A stretch of 64,000 bases of DNA from Candidatus Micrarchaeota archaeon (GTDB lineage: Archaea; Micrarchaeota; Micrarchaeia; Anstonellales; Bilamarchaeaceae). The position numbers were made by a program, and so were the translations under genes. The stretch is from NCBI GenBank assembly GCA_014727975.1, contig WJMK01000014.1, positions 2,558-66,557 on the forward strand. The letters run 5' to 3'. Shown piece by piece: positions 44,407 to 52,897 of the stretch (its first letter is position 1; each line of letters begins with the position of its first letter). The notes under the pieces are model-generated. The model saw nothing but the letters and a program-made list of their open reading frames with translations, was not told where the DNA came from and did not search any database.

Positions 44407-45399
44407 TTGCTTTCAGTTTTCAATAATGACCTTATTGCGTACTCTGCCATTTTCCTTGTTTCAATATTGAGCAGCTATGCATTCTCCATTGGGCTTGTGC
44501 CCAGGCTAAAGAAGTTCGGGTTTGTTGGGAAGGACATGCACAAGGCCCATCACCCCGAAGTTGCAGAGATGGGGGGGATATCCATAGTTGTAGGTTTTTC
44601 TGCAGGAATACTGCTTGCTATTATGCTGAGCACGTTCAACGGCCTAACTTTCAATATCGTTTTCGTGCTTGCAGGGCTGCTTACCATACAGACACTTGCA
44701 TTCATCGGCATACTGGATGATATCCTGGATGTTCCACAATGGGCGAAGGCATTTATTCCGCTGCTTTCTGCGGTTCCGCTTATTGCAGTAAAGGCTGCCG
44801 GAAGTACTGCAATGGTTCTTCCATTCATAGGGGCTGTGGATTTCGGGATTTTTTATGTCCTCTTGCTTCTGCCTGTAGGGGTTGCAGTTGCCTCAAACCT
44901 TACAAACATGCTTGCAGGGTTCAATGGAATTGAAGCGGGGATGGGCACAGTTATTTTTGGGTGCATGGCAATAATTGCATGGGCCCATGGAAGCCCGGAA
45001 ATGCTTGTGTTGTTTGTTCCAATGCTGGGTGCATTGCTTGGCTTCCTTCCCAAGAACTGGTGCCCTGCAAGTGTTTTCCCTGGAGATGTGGGGACTCTCA
45101 CAATCGGGGCAGTGCTCGCAACCGGAGTGATAATTGGGAACCTGGAAAGTGCAGGGGCCCTTATCCTGTCCCTCTACGTTCTTGATTTCCTGATAAAGCT
45201 CCCAAACAGATTCCCAAAAACATTCGTGGGCCTGAAATATGGGGAGCTTGTTGCCCCAAAAGGAAGGCCGCGCGGGCTGATAGACTTGATATTGAAGCTT
45301 GGAGGCGGGGGAATGAAAGAAACAAAACTAGTACTTGTGATGATGGGGCTCCAGTTGCTTGTGGGTGCAGGTGTAATCCTACTCTTCGTACATGTCTAG
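44407..45399 (+). CDS. Glycosyltransferase family 4 (MraY/WecA/AglH-like) dolichyl-phosphate HexNAc-1-phosphate transferase
   Basis: Polytopic protein with ILDDILDV and NMLAGFNGIEAGMG motifs. The TTG start immediately follows the hmgA stop (TAG-TTG). Confidence 0.72.
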   Translation: MLSVFNNDLIAYSAIFLVSILSSYAFSIGLVPRLKKFGFVGKDMHKAHHPEVAEMGGISIVVGFSAGILLAIMLSTFNGLTFNIVFVLAGLLTIQTLAFIGILDDILDVPQWAKAFIPLLSAVPLIAVKAAGSTAMVLPFIGAVDFGIFYVLLLLPVGVAVASNLTNMLAGFNGIEAGMGTVIFGCMAIIAWAHGSPEMLVLFVPMLGALLGFLPKNWCPASVFPGDVGTLTIGAVLATGVIIGNLESAGALILSLYVLDFLIKLPNRFPKTFVGLKYGELVAPKGRPRGLIDLILKLGGGGMKETKLVLVMMGLQLLVGAGVILLFVHV

Positions 45400-46119
45400 C
45401 GGAGGCGATAGGTCCCTTGCAAGGTCTATTACGCTGAATAGTTCCCGCATCCTCTCATAGTCTTTTACTCTTCCTATATCTATCCAGTATTCTCTGCTGA
45501 ATTTGTAGAATCCCAGTTTCTCATTTGCTTTGAGCATCCTTGGGAAAACATTTTTTGCAAAATCCTCTTTTGGCTTTATGTATTCCAGGGCCTTTGGCTC
45601 AAGCAGATACATTCCCGTGTTAATCAGGTAGTTGACTACGGGCTTTTCCTCAAATCCATTGATTATTTTGGTTTTTTCGTCACCATCTATTATCCCGTAT
45701 TCCAGGGACACTTTTTTCTTTTTTGCCGCAATTGTTGCAACTGCTCCTGTCTTCTCATGTGTCTTGATGAATTTTTCTATGTTTATGTTGGTTACATGGT
45801 CTCCCATAAAAACCAGGAATCTTTCATCTTTAAGCTTGTCTTTGTGCGGGTAGAGGGCCCCTGCTGTAAATAGAGCTTCATCTTCAACAAAATAATCGAT
45901 GTTTACCCCAAATTTGCTTCCGTCTTCAAAATGATTCATTATCTGCTCTTTCAGATAACCGACTGAAAGCGTGATGTCTTTTATTCCGCTTTTACGCAGA
46001 TGCTCAATCGTATACTCAAGTATATGCCTTCCTCCCAGCCAGAGCATGGGCTTAGGCACTATATATGTGTATGGCCTGAGCCTTGTACCTTCTCCTCCGC
46101 ACAATACTACTGCTTTCAT
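45379..46119 (-). CDS. Sugar-1-phosphate nucleotidyltransferase
   Basis: MKAVVLCGGEGTRLRPYTYIVPKPML signature. Start trimmed to the ATG at 46119. Its 3' end overlaps the GT4 gene by 21 nt. Confidence 0.75.
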   Translation of the reverse strand: MKAVVLCGGEGTRLRPYTYIVPKPMLWLGGRHILEYTIEHLRKSGIKDITLSVGYLKEQIMNHFEDGSKFGVNIDYFVEDEALFTAGALYPHKDKLKDERFLVFMGDHVTNINIEKFIKTHEKTGAVATIAAKKKKVSLEYGIIDGDEKTKIINGFEEKPVVNYLINTGMYLLEPKALEYIKPKEDFAKNVFPRMLKANEKLGFYKFSREYWIDIGRVKDYERMRELFSVIDLARDLSPPLDMYEE

Positions 46120-46739
46120 GCTATCACCATTAACCCAATCAATGCGCCAACAATGGAGCATATCATGTTGGTTGTACCTTTCGTACCGAAACCTTTTTCT
46201 TCAAACACCCCAAACAGGGTATCCACAAGGCCCCCTGCAAAACCTGCCAGGGCAACAAGCAAAGCGATATTTGGGGTTATCCCAAAAAGAAACATTGCAG
46301 CAATCCCCACTGCTGCAGAGCCCGCAAGTGACATTAGCGTTCCTGTGCTGCTTACTGCCCCGCTCGTGCCGGGGGCAACCTCCTTTAATCCATCCAGTGA
46401 AACAGGGTCCCCCCCAAGAACCCCAAGCTCTGAAGCAAACTTGTCTGCAGTTACCGCAGCTATCGAGCAGATATAAGGAATAGGCCCCCATCCCAGGAAA
46501 TAGCCAAGGGCAACTACGATAGTTGGCACCAATCCGTTTGAGAGCACATTTTCCCAGCTGCGGTCATGCTCATATATTCCCATCTCCTTTTTCTCGTAAT
46601 AGCCATACTTTGTTGCAAGCACGGAAAGCAGCAGGAATATGAATACAAGGACAAGGTAGGAGAAATCTCCCAGAAGAAGAATGGTTAGCCCAAATATAAA
46701 CGTAAGGGCAAGGCCGGGCTTGTCAAGCATTGCAACCAT
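46116..46739 (-). CDS. DUF92/TMEM19-like integral membrane protein
   Basis: Polytopic protein with SGAVSSTGTLMSLAGSAAVG and LVDTLFGVFEEKG patterns. Its stop overlaps the downstream start (ATGA). Confidence 0.5.
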   Translation of the reverse strand: MVAMLDKPGLALTFIFGLTILLLGDFSYLVLVFIFLLLSVLATKYGYYEKKEMGIYEHDRSWENVLSNGLVPTIVVALGYFLGWGPIPYICSIAAVTADKFASELGVLGGDPVSLDGLKEVAPGTSGAVSSTGTLMSLAGSAAVGIAAMFLFGITPNIALLVALAGFAGGLVDTLFGVFEEKGFGTKGTTNMICSIVGALIGLMVIA

Positions 46740-47710
46740 TATCCCACCTCCACAGCATTGCCTTCAGAAGAGAACTTCTTTCCAAGGAATTTCTCTATTA
46801 TGTGCATGTTGGTTTCCGTATGTTTTGTAAGGTGTGATGTTTTAAAGCTTGTTTTTCCTGCAAGGGCCGCGTATGCAAGTATCTGGTCGGCAAGGTTGTG
46901 GTCGATATCCACATCTCCCTCGCCCTCAATTGAATCAATTGCAGACTGGGCCACCTTTTCTGCGCGAAGCCCTTTTCTGCCCAGCACAGAGCACCCCACA
47001 AAGCCTCTGTAAAGCAGGAGTGCGTTTCCAGGGTCCAGGGCATTCCTTTCCCTTATGTGGACATTTTCAATTCCATTGTTGAGCAAGACCTTCTTTTCCC
47101 TCATTGCAATTCCCAGTGGGAGACCGGAAATAGAGATTATTGCCTTTGGCACTGATTCCCTTGGCCAGTATGAAACAGGTTTAGGCTTCCCGGGTTCCGC
47201 CTCCAGGATAAGCTCCCCTCCTCCCCTGGGGAAATAGCCTGCCTGGGCAAGAGCGCATTTTGCATTCAGCCCGAAAAGGGAAAGCGCTGGCAGGAAAACC
47301 TTCTCAAAATAATCGTAACCCGGTGCTTTTGGCACATCCGTGCCGCCAATTATTTTTACCCTGCTTTTTTTGGATGCTGCAAAAAGCAAGGGCAAGACAG
47401 TCTGCGCAAGCAGAGTAACCGAACCAGCAGTGCCAATATTGAATTCATATTTGCCCCCGTATATTTTTCCGGGGGCGTAAATTAACTCTCGGCTCCCTTC
47501 CTCCGCACCTTCCAGCTTGCCTCTGCAGATAGAGCGCACTGCACGGGCTCCTGCAACGTGTTGGGGCTTAAGCCCTGGTGGGCTCCTGCCTGCCCTTATG
47601 TTGAACAGCTTTAACGGGATTCCTGTTAGGGCAGAAAGCGCAAGGGATGTCCTTACAATTTGGCCGCCAGCTTCTCCAAAAGAGCCATCGATTTCAATCG
47701 CTTCCTTCAT
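46739..47710 (-). CDS. rtcA: RNA 3'-terminal phosphate cyclase
   Basis: IEIDGSFGEAGGQIVRTSLALSALTG and RAGRSPPGLKPQHV. Start trimmed to the ATG at 47710. Confidence 0.85.
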   Translation of the reverse strand: MKEAIEIDGSFGEAGGQIVRTSLALSALTGIPLKLFNIRAGRSPPGLKPQHVAGARAVRSICRGKLEGAEEGSRELIYAPGKIYGGKYEFNIGTAGSVTLLAQTVLPLLFAASKKSRVKIIGGTDVPKAPGYDYFEKVFLPALSLFGLNAKCALAQAGYFPRGGGELILEAEPGKPKPVSYWPRESVPKAIISISGLPLGIAMREKKVLLNNGIENVHIRERNALDPGNALLLYRGFVGCSVLGRKGLRAEKVAQSAIDSIEGEGDVDIDHNLADQILAYAALAGKTSFKTSHLTKHTETNMHIIEKFLGKKFSSEGNAVEVG

Positions 47711-47937
47711 AAAGTTCCACCTGGGCAAGAAGATAAAAAGAATTAGGCCAGCGCAAATATCTGCGCTGGCTGGCAAGGCGACCAGTTCCTCCCCAAAATA
47801 CGCAACTGTCTATTGAACTGTAACAGGTATTTAAATGTTTCTGCTATAGGGTTGGGCAGTGTGCTTATGTGTATTTTACTTCAGAGAAGGGGCAAAGCGT
47901 TTTAAACATAACCTGATAGTTTTCTATTCGTGATATC

Positions 47938-48378
47938 ATGGGCCTATTCGACTGGTTAACCGGCAAGAGAGAAGAGCCTGAAGAGGCTGCAGAAGAGATG
48001 CCTGCACGCGGTTCAAAACCCTTCAAGATTTCCCATAAATTCAGCCCCCTGAGGCTAAAAGCGCACAAGGATTCCAAACTTGCAATGAACATAACGGTAA
48101 GGAATACTTCCGGTTCAAAGCAGCTGGTTTCAGTAGACGTGGAAGTCCCAAAAGGAAACCGGATTGGATTTGATGTGGCTTCCTCGCAGAAGCACCATGA
48201 AGAAAGGATGGGGGAACTCGCCCCTGGCGCAACAAAATGCTTTTCAGTGAATGTGCATGGGGGAAACTTAACCAAGCCAGGTGAAGTCCCTGTGAAAATT
48301 ACTGCATACGCCCATTACCTGAATTACAATAAAGTGCTTGAGCAGACGGCCAAAATGGTAACCCTGCGGGTCATATGA
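47938..48378 (+). CDS. Small hypothetical protein (146 aa), probably beta-sandwich
   Basis: MGLFDWLTGK N-terminus, acidic linker, then a beta-strand-like pattern (LAMNITVRNTSGSKQLVSVDVEVP). No family recognised. Confidence 0.4.
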   Translation: MGLFDWLTGKREEPEEAAEEMPARGSKPFKISHKFSPLRLKAHKDSKLAMNITVRNTSGSKQLVSVDVEVPKGNRIGFDVASSQKHHEERMGELAPGATKCFSVNVHGGNLTKPGEVPVKITAYAHYLNYNKVLEQTAKMVTLRVI

Positions 48379-48979
48379 ACTGCCCAAGATTCGGGATAAG
48401 TGCCCTTATGTAGCCTTTTGCTTCGAATGGGCCTCCATGGCCTGGATAAATTTTTTCTATTTCATAGTTGGAGAGTTTTTCGTATGAGTCCAGAAGAGCC
48501 TTGGGGCTGCTGGTGGGGAGGCTCACAGAAGGGAGCGCACCTCCCCCAAAAACAGTGTCCCCGCTGAACAAGGCTTTGTGCTCAGGGATATAAAAGCACA
48601 TTGCGCCTTCGCAATGGCCTGGTGTTGCAATTGCCTTTATCGAAAAACCATCTCCCTCCAGGGCCTGGCCATCCTTGAGGATTTGGTGCGGGGGCCTTCT
48701 TGGCGGCTGAAAGCCAAGATGGGAACATAGAGTTGCACTTTCCCTAACTTCTGTTATTGCTTTTGCAGTGAACCCAGAGCATGCATAAGGAAGGTTATGC
48801 ACCGCAATGCCGCAAATATGGTCGCAGTGTGCATGGGTAAGAAGCACCAGGGGGGAGCCCGGGTAAGTCACACCTTCGGGGGCATCTATTGCAAATTCCC
48901 CTATTGCATAGCCTGTAGCGACTGTGCCGCTTTCGGCCCTTATTGGGTGGCTCGAGCTGCCCTGGAAAACATGTATCAT
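48371..48979 (-). CDS. Metallo-beta-lactamase-fold hydrolase
   Basis: LLTHAHCDHICG (HxHxDH), TPGHCEG and PGHG motifs. Confidence 0.72.
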   Translation of the reverse strand: MIHVFQGSSSHPIRAESGTVATGYAIGEFAIDAPEGVTYPGSPLVLLTHAHCDHICGIAVHNLPYACSGFTAKAITEVRESATLCSHLGFQPPRRPPHQILKDGQALEGDGFSIKAIATPGHCEGAMCFYIPEHKALFSGDTVFGGGALPSVSLPTSSPKALLDSYEKLSNYEIEKIYPGHGGPFEAKGYIRALIPNLGQFI

Positions 48980-49227
48980 TCTGATTTCCTCCGTATTTCC
49001 TCTATATGCGCTGCAACCTCCCTTCCTTTTTCAGTGAGTGAAACCATTTTCTTCTTTCCCTTGGGCTCAACCGAAACAAATCCTTTTTCCATGAGCTTAG
49101 AGACAAAATGTGTTATGTAGACATATGTTGTGCCTGTCTCCTTTGCAATTTCAGAAAGGTAGGCCGGGTTACTGCCCTTTAGGAAAAGAAAGACATTTGC
49201 CGGCTTGGTCTTCAATACAGCGTCCAT
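48976..49227 (-). CDS. Small winged-helix transcriptional regulator
   Basis: AYLSEIAKETGTTYVYITHFVSKLMEKGFVSVEPKGKKKMVSLTEKG. Its stop overlaps the MBL gene start. Confidence 0.55.
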   Translation of the reverse strand: MDAVLKTKPANVFLFLKGSNPAYLSEIAKETGTTYVYITHFVSKLMEKGFVSVEPKGKKKMVSLTEKGREVAAHIEEIRRKSE

Positions 49228-49231
49228 AATT

Positions 49232-49876
49232 TCACCTCGCGATTTCTACTGAAATTTTTTCTTCTGATTCTTTTGTAAGCTTCAGTATCCCGGGCACATG
49301 CGCTGCCCCTACTACAAGCACTGCAGTTTCAGGCTTGTGGAAGAGGAGTTTCCTGAACATATATCTATTGCGGGAATCAACAAACACCTCGTAGGAAACA
49401 GGGAAATCTTTTTCAAGCTTTGAGAGCAGGACCTCAAGGTTTTCAGGCTCCATTAAATCGCTGAGCTTCATTTTTTTCCCAAAAGGGCTTGCTCCCCCCG
49501 AAAACAGCATCCCAAATTTTTCCTTCAGTGGTATCCTTTCTATCTGCCTTGCTGTTGCCCTTATGGGCCTGTCCAGGAGCGCCACAGGTCTTTCAATCTC
49601 GCTTGCAGCCCTCAGCGCCTCAAGCATTTCTGAGCCAGGATTTACATGCCACCACTTCCCCAGGGCCTGCTGTGCAACAAACATTAATGCGGATGTGGGA
49701 TGGCGCAATGCTGTTACGATGTCCATGGACCTGGCCCTTCCCCTCACAAGCCCTTCCAGTCTCTCCCTGCAAAGCTCCAGGCCAATAAGCTGGGGTTTTT
49801 CCCGCAGTATTGTCTCCTTTGCAAGTTCTGCACTTTTCTTTGAGATATGTGCTACAGGAACAAGCATAAGCTGCAT
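49232..49876 (-). CDS. TraB/PrgY-family protein
   Basis: LVPVAHISKKSAELAKETILREKPQLIGLELC and a C-terminal VVGAAHVPGI. Start trimmed to the ATG at 49876. Confidence 0.6.
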   Translation of the reverse strand: MQLMLVPVAHISKKSAELAKETILREKPQLIGLELCRERLEGLVRGRARSMDIVTALRHPTSALMFVAQQALGKWWHVNPGSEMLEALRAASEIERPVALLDRPIRATARQIERIPLKEKFGMLFSGGASPFGKKMKLSDLMEPENLEVLLSKLEKDFPVSYEVFVDSRNRYMFRKLLFHKPETAVLVVGAAHVPGILKLTKESEEKISVEIAR

Positions 49877-50003
49877 TTCGTCTCCCACCATTCTGATAGA
49901 TTATATGTATATTGTTGTTTATAAATATGCTAGAGAGACCATCTGGGGGCAACCGCTCCAAAACCCGAAACAGAAAACCCTTCGCTTTCAGACGTACCAT
50001 TAC

Positions 50004-50038
50004 AAAACCCAAAACTCGAAACCCAAAACTGGAAACAT
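50004..50038. repeat. Tandem AAACCCAAAAC motif followed by TGGAAACA
   Basis: AAAACCCAAAACTCGAAACCCAAAACTGGAAACAT read directly. The 20-nt core AAACCCAAAAC(A/T)GGAAACA recurs at 2262-2280, and its complement-type GGGTTTTGGG tracts occur at 447-460 and 2063-2079. Confidence 0.65.
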
Positions 50039-50133
50039 AGAAAAGGAAACGCTCTGATTCACGTTCCGTGAATTCGCCCCGTTTTTTCCTACCGCAAAAC
50101 TGGGAAGTCCAAACACTGAACTTGTGGAAAAAA

Positions 50134-50208
50134 CGGGCCTGAAGGGATTCGAACCCTCGACACCCGGATTAAGAGTCCGGTGCTCTAACCAAGCTGAGCT
50201 ACAGGCCC
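50134..50208 (-). tRNA. tRNA-Lys(CUU): tRNA-Lys (anticodon CTT)
   Basis: The reverse complement folds as GGGCCTG..CAGGCCC acceptor, CCGGA-CTCTTAA-TCCGG anticodon arm, GAGGG-TTCGAAT-CCCTT T-arm. 75 nt. Confidence 0.9.
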
Positions 50209-50307
50209 AGACAATTTGAAGTGCACGCACTGTGTGCGGCCCAAGCGCTTCGAACTGGCTGAAAATGTGAGACCATTAATGGAGAAAAAAGAATAAAAAG
50301 GGTGGCA

Positions 50308-51456
50308 TTATTGAGAGACAGGGCTTCGGTTCTCAACTTTCACCATCCTGAAAGAGGCAACCCTGTCCCCGTTCTCAAAGGTAAGGGTTGCTCCCATGCC
50401 TGCCCACTGCTCCAGGTTCATCCAGTATTGCTGGAGATCCTGGGCTGTTGCCTGATAGTAGTAGAATTCTTCGGCCTGGGCAAGCAGGTACATTGCATTC
50501 CTTGCATCTGCAACCAACACTTCATTTGAAGGTGCCCCATACCTGGAGATGTAGCTGTTCATAAAGTAGGATGCTGCAGGGTCATCTGCATTGAATTCAG
50601 GCAGGATTGCATGCACGCCTTCGGAGTTCTCGCCCATCGCAGATATTGCAGTTGGGGAAACAAGGTCCTCGTCCCCGATTACTTCTGATTCTACTCCACC
50701 TGCCCTCAACTGGTTAACTATGTCTGCTCCGGTTGCCCCATCTGATGCAAACACCAGCACAACCTGGGGCTGGTAGCCCTTAATCACCGAAACCGTGGAT
50801 GCAAAGTTGGGCCCATATTTCTGTGCAGGCTGTGTGGAGAGCTTAAGTTCCTTGGCAGCCGCATCAAACAGCGCGACTTTTTCATTGGCTGCAGATGTGT
50901 CGTCCGTAATCGTCATTGTGCGGAGCCAGCCATTTTCCTTGCAGAATTCTGCTAGCTCCATCCCAACCATCTCAGGGGAGCCTGCAAAATTCATTGCATA
51001 ATCATTGTCTGCATTCCCTGTTGCAAGTGAAATAAGGACGACCCCGTTTTGCTCAAGAAGGGGGGCCATCCCTTCTACTTCCTCCGGGCATACGCCCCCG
51101 ATTACTGCATTTACCCCGCGGAAATCCACAATGGACTGGAGCGCTGATGCAGCGCCTTCCTCTGTGCACTGTCCGTCCTGCTCCGCAATTTCATAGAGAT
51201 ACTCATCTGTTGAGAGCTCAGAAGCCGCAAGTTTTATTGCATTAAGGGCTTCAGTTCCCTCAATTGCATGCTCTCCTGAAAGCGGGCCTATGTACCCAAT
51301 AGTTATTACTTCGGGTTCAGGTTCCGGCTCCGGCTCAGGTTCGGGTTCAGGTTCCGGCTCCGGCTCGGGTTCAACTTCAACTACTTCTTCCTGGGGGCAG
51401 CCCGCAACAAGGAGCAGCCCAACCATAAACAAAGCAAGTATCCAGCGCATGTTCAT
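50308..51456 (-). CDS. ABC-transporter substrate-binding protein, Leu/Ile/Val-binding (PBP type 1) family, lipobox-type
   Basis: Signal LLLVAGC, an E(PE)10 linker, then ITIGYIGPLSGEHAIEG...AIKLAASEL, typical of LivJ/K-like binding proteins. Confidence 0.7.
   Translation of the reverse strand: MNMRWILALFMVGLLLVAGCPQEEVVEVEPEPEPEPEPEPEPEPEPEPEVITIGYIGPLSGEHAIEGTEALNAIKLAASELSTDEYLYEIAEQDGQCTEEGAASALQSIVDFRGVNAVIGGVCPEEVEGMAPLLEQNGVVLISLATGNADNDYAMNFAGSPEMVGMELAEFCKENGWLRTMTITDDTSAANEKVALFDAAAKELKLSTQPAQKYGPNFASTVSVIKGYQPQVVLVFASDGATGADIVNQLRAGGVESEVIGDEDLVSPTAISAMGENSEGVHAILPEFNADDPAASYFMNSYISRYGAPSNEVLVADARNAMYLLAQAEEFYYYQATAQDLQQYWMNLEQWAGMGATLTFENGDRVASFRMVKVENRSPVSQ
51311..51370 (-). repeat. 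Coding tandem duplication, 2 x 30 nt, encoding the (PE)n linker
   Basis: 51311-51340 and 51341-51370 differ at a single position. They are in frame within the binding-protein gene. Confidence 0.85.
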
Positions 51457-51459
51457 ACC

Positions 51460-52851
51460 TCATTTTATTTTCCATCTTGGTCCTTTATCAGTATCTTCAA
51501 GCAATATGCCCATCTGGGCAAGCTTGTCCCTTATTTCATCCGCCAGCTTGAAATTCTTTTCCTTCCTGGCATTTTCCCTTTCCTGGACAAGGGATTCGAT
51601 TTCTTTTTCTTTTTCCGGGCTGATTTTCTTTTCCTCTTTTTCAAGCCCGAGCACCCACATCATCTTCCTGAAATCCTCTTTTGCTTCTGCAATTGCGGGG
51701 TAATCTGGATGTTCCTTCCTCATTTCTGAGAAACACTCGGTCATTATCCCGAACATGTAGGAGAGTGCGGCAGGGGTGTCAAAATCATCATCCATTGCCT
51801 TGTAGAAGCCGTCCACTTCATCCTGGAGCTTCTTCCTGAGTTCCTGGTTTTCGGCGCCTCCTGTAGCGGGAAGCTCATCCGCATGCTCCAGGAAATTGAA
51901 CATCCTTTCCGCGGTTGTTTGTGCGGAGGAGATGTTTTCTTCGCTGTAGTTTACCGGGCTCCTGTAGTGGCTGTGCAGGAAAAACAGCCTCAGTGCGTAA
52001 GGGGGGTATTTTTCCAGCAGGTCCTTCAGGACTATGAAGTTGCCTAAGGATTTGCTCATCTTTTCCCCATTTACCGTGAGGAAACCGGTGTGCATCCAGT
52101 ATTTTACGAATTGTGTGTTGAGGGCGCCCTCTGCCTGCGCAATCTCGTTTTCATGGTGCGGGAATGCAAGGTCCCTTCCTCCTCCATGGATGTCCAGTGT
52201 CCTTCCGTTTGTGTATTTCATTCCCATTGCAGAGCACTCAATGTGCCAGCCAGGCCTCCCCTCTCCCCAGGGGCTATCATACGTAAGCACGTCCGGGCCC
52301 TTTTTCCAAAGCGCGAAATCCGCGGGGTCCTTCTTGGTTTCTTCTATGCTGCACCTTGCCCCGCTCCTGTGGCCCTCGGGTTTCTGCCCTGAAAGCTTTC
52401 CATACTCCTGGAAAGAGGAAACCGAGTAATAGACTCCGGTTTCGGTTTCATATGCATGCCCATTCTCAATAAGCTTCTCTATCATTTCAATTATTTCTTG
52501 TATATGCTCGCTTACCTTCGGGTAATAGTCTGCGGGCAGTATGTTGAGGCGCTTGAACTCCTCCAGGGCTTCAGTATGGAATTTTTCAGAGAGCTCAAGC
52601 GGGCTTTTTCCGCTTTCCCTTGAGCGGTTGAAAATCTTGTCTTCTATATCCGTGATGTTCTGGATGTGGAGGACCTTGAATCCTTTGTGGATTAGGTAGC
52701 GCTTTATCGTGTCCATGGAGATGTAGGTTCTTGCATGGCCAAGGTGCGCATGGTCGTATGGGGTGAGCCCGCACACGTACATGTAGACCTTTCCCTCTTC
52801 TATGGGCTCGAATTCTTCTAGTTTCCTGGAAAGAGAATTGTATACCTTCAC
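51460..52851 (-). CDS. cysS: Cysteinyl-tRNA synthetase
   Basis: HLGHARTY (HIGH) and KMSKSLGN motifs. GTG start. 463 aa. Confidence 0.92.
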   Translation of the reverse strand: MKVYNSLSRKLEEFEPIEEGKVYMYVCGLTPYDHAHLGHARTYISMDTIKRYLIHKGFKVLHIQNITDIEDKIFNRSRESGKSPLELSEKFHTEALEEFKRLNILPADYYPKVSEHIQEIIEMIEKLIENGHAYETETGVYYSVSSFQEYGKLSGQKPEGHRSGARCSIEETKKDPADFALWKKGPDVLTYDSPWGEGRPGWHIECSAMGMKYTNGRTLDIHGGGRDLAFPHHENEIAQAEGALNTQFVKYWMHTGFLTVNGEKMSKSLGNFIVLKDLLEKYPPYALRLFFLHSHYRSPVNYSEENISSAQTTAERMFNFLEHADELPATGGAENQELRKKLQDEVDGFYKAMDDDFDTPAALSYMFGIMTECFSEMRKEHPDYPAIAEAKEDFRKMMWVLGLEKEEKKISPEKEKEIESLVQERENARKEKNFKLADEIRDKLAQMGILLEDTDKGPRWKIK

Positions 52852-52897
52852 GTTGGAAAATTAGAAAAGAGAATATAAAAAAGGTAGGGTGGGATTC

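Noticed and set aside
47711-47937. Possible small RNA or small ORF in the 227-nt rtcA upstream spacer (palindrome CCAGCGCA-N6-TGCGCTGG at about 47747-47768, extra TATA-like GTATTTAAATG at about 47826-47836)
   Set aside because: The structure and the extra AT-rich box are visible. I cannot support a specific RNA family or a convincing ORF from sequence alone, so I do not call it as a feature.
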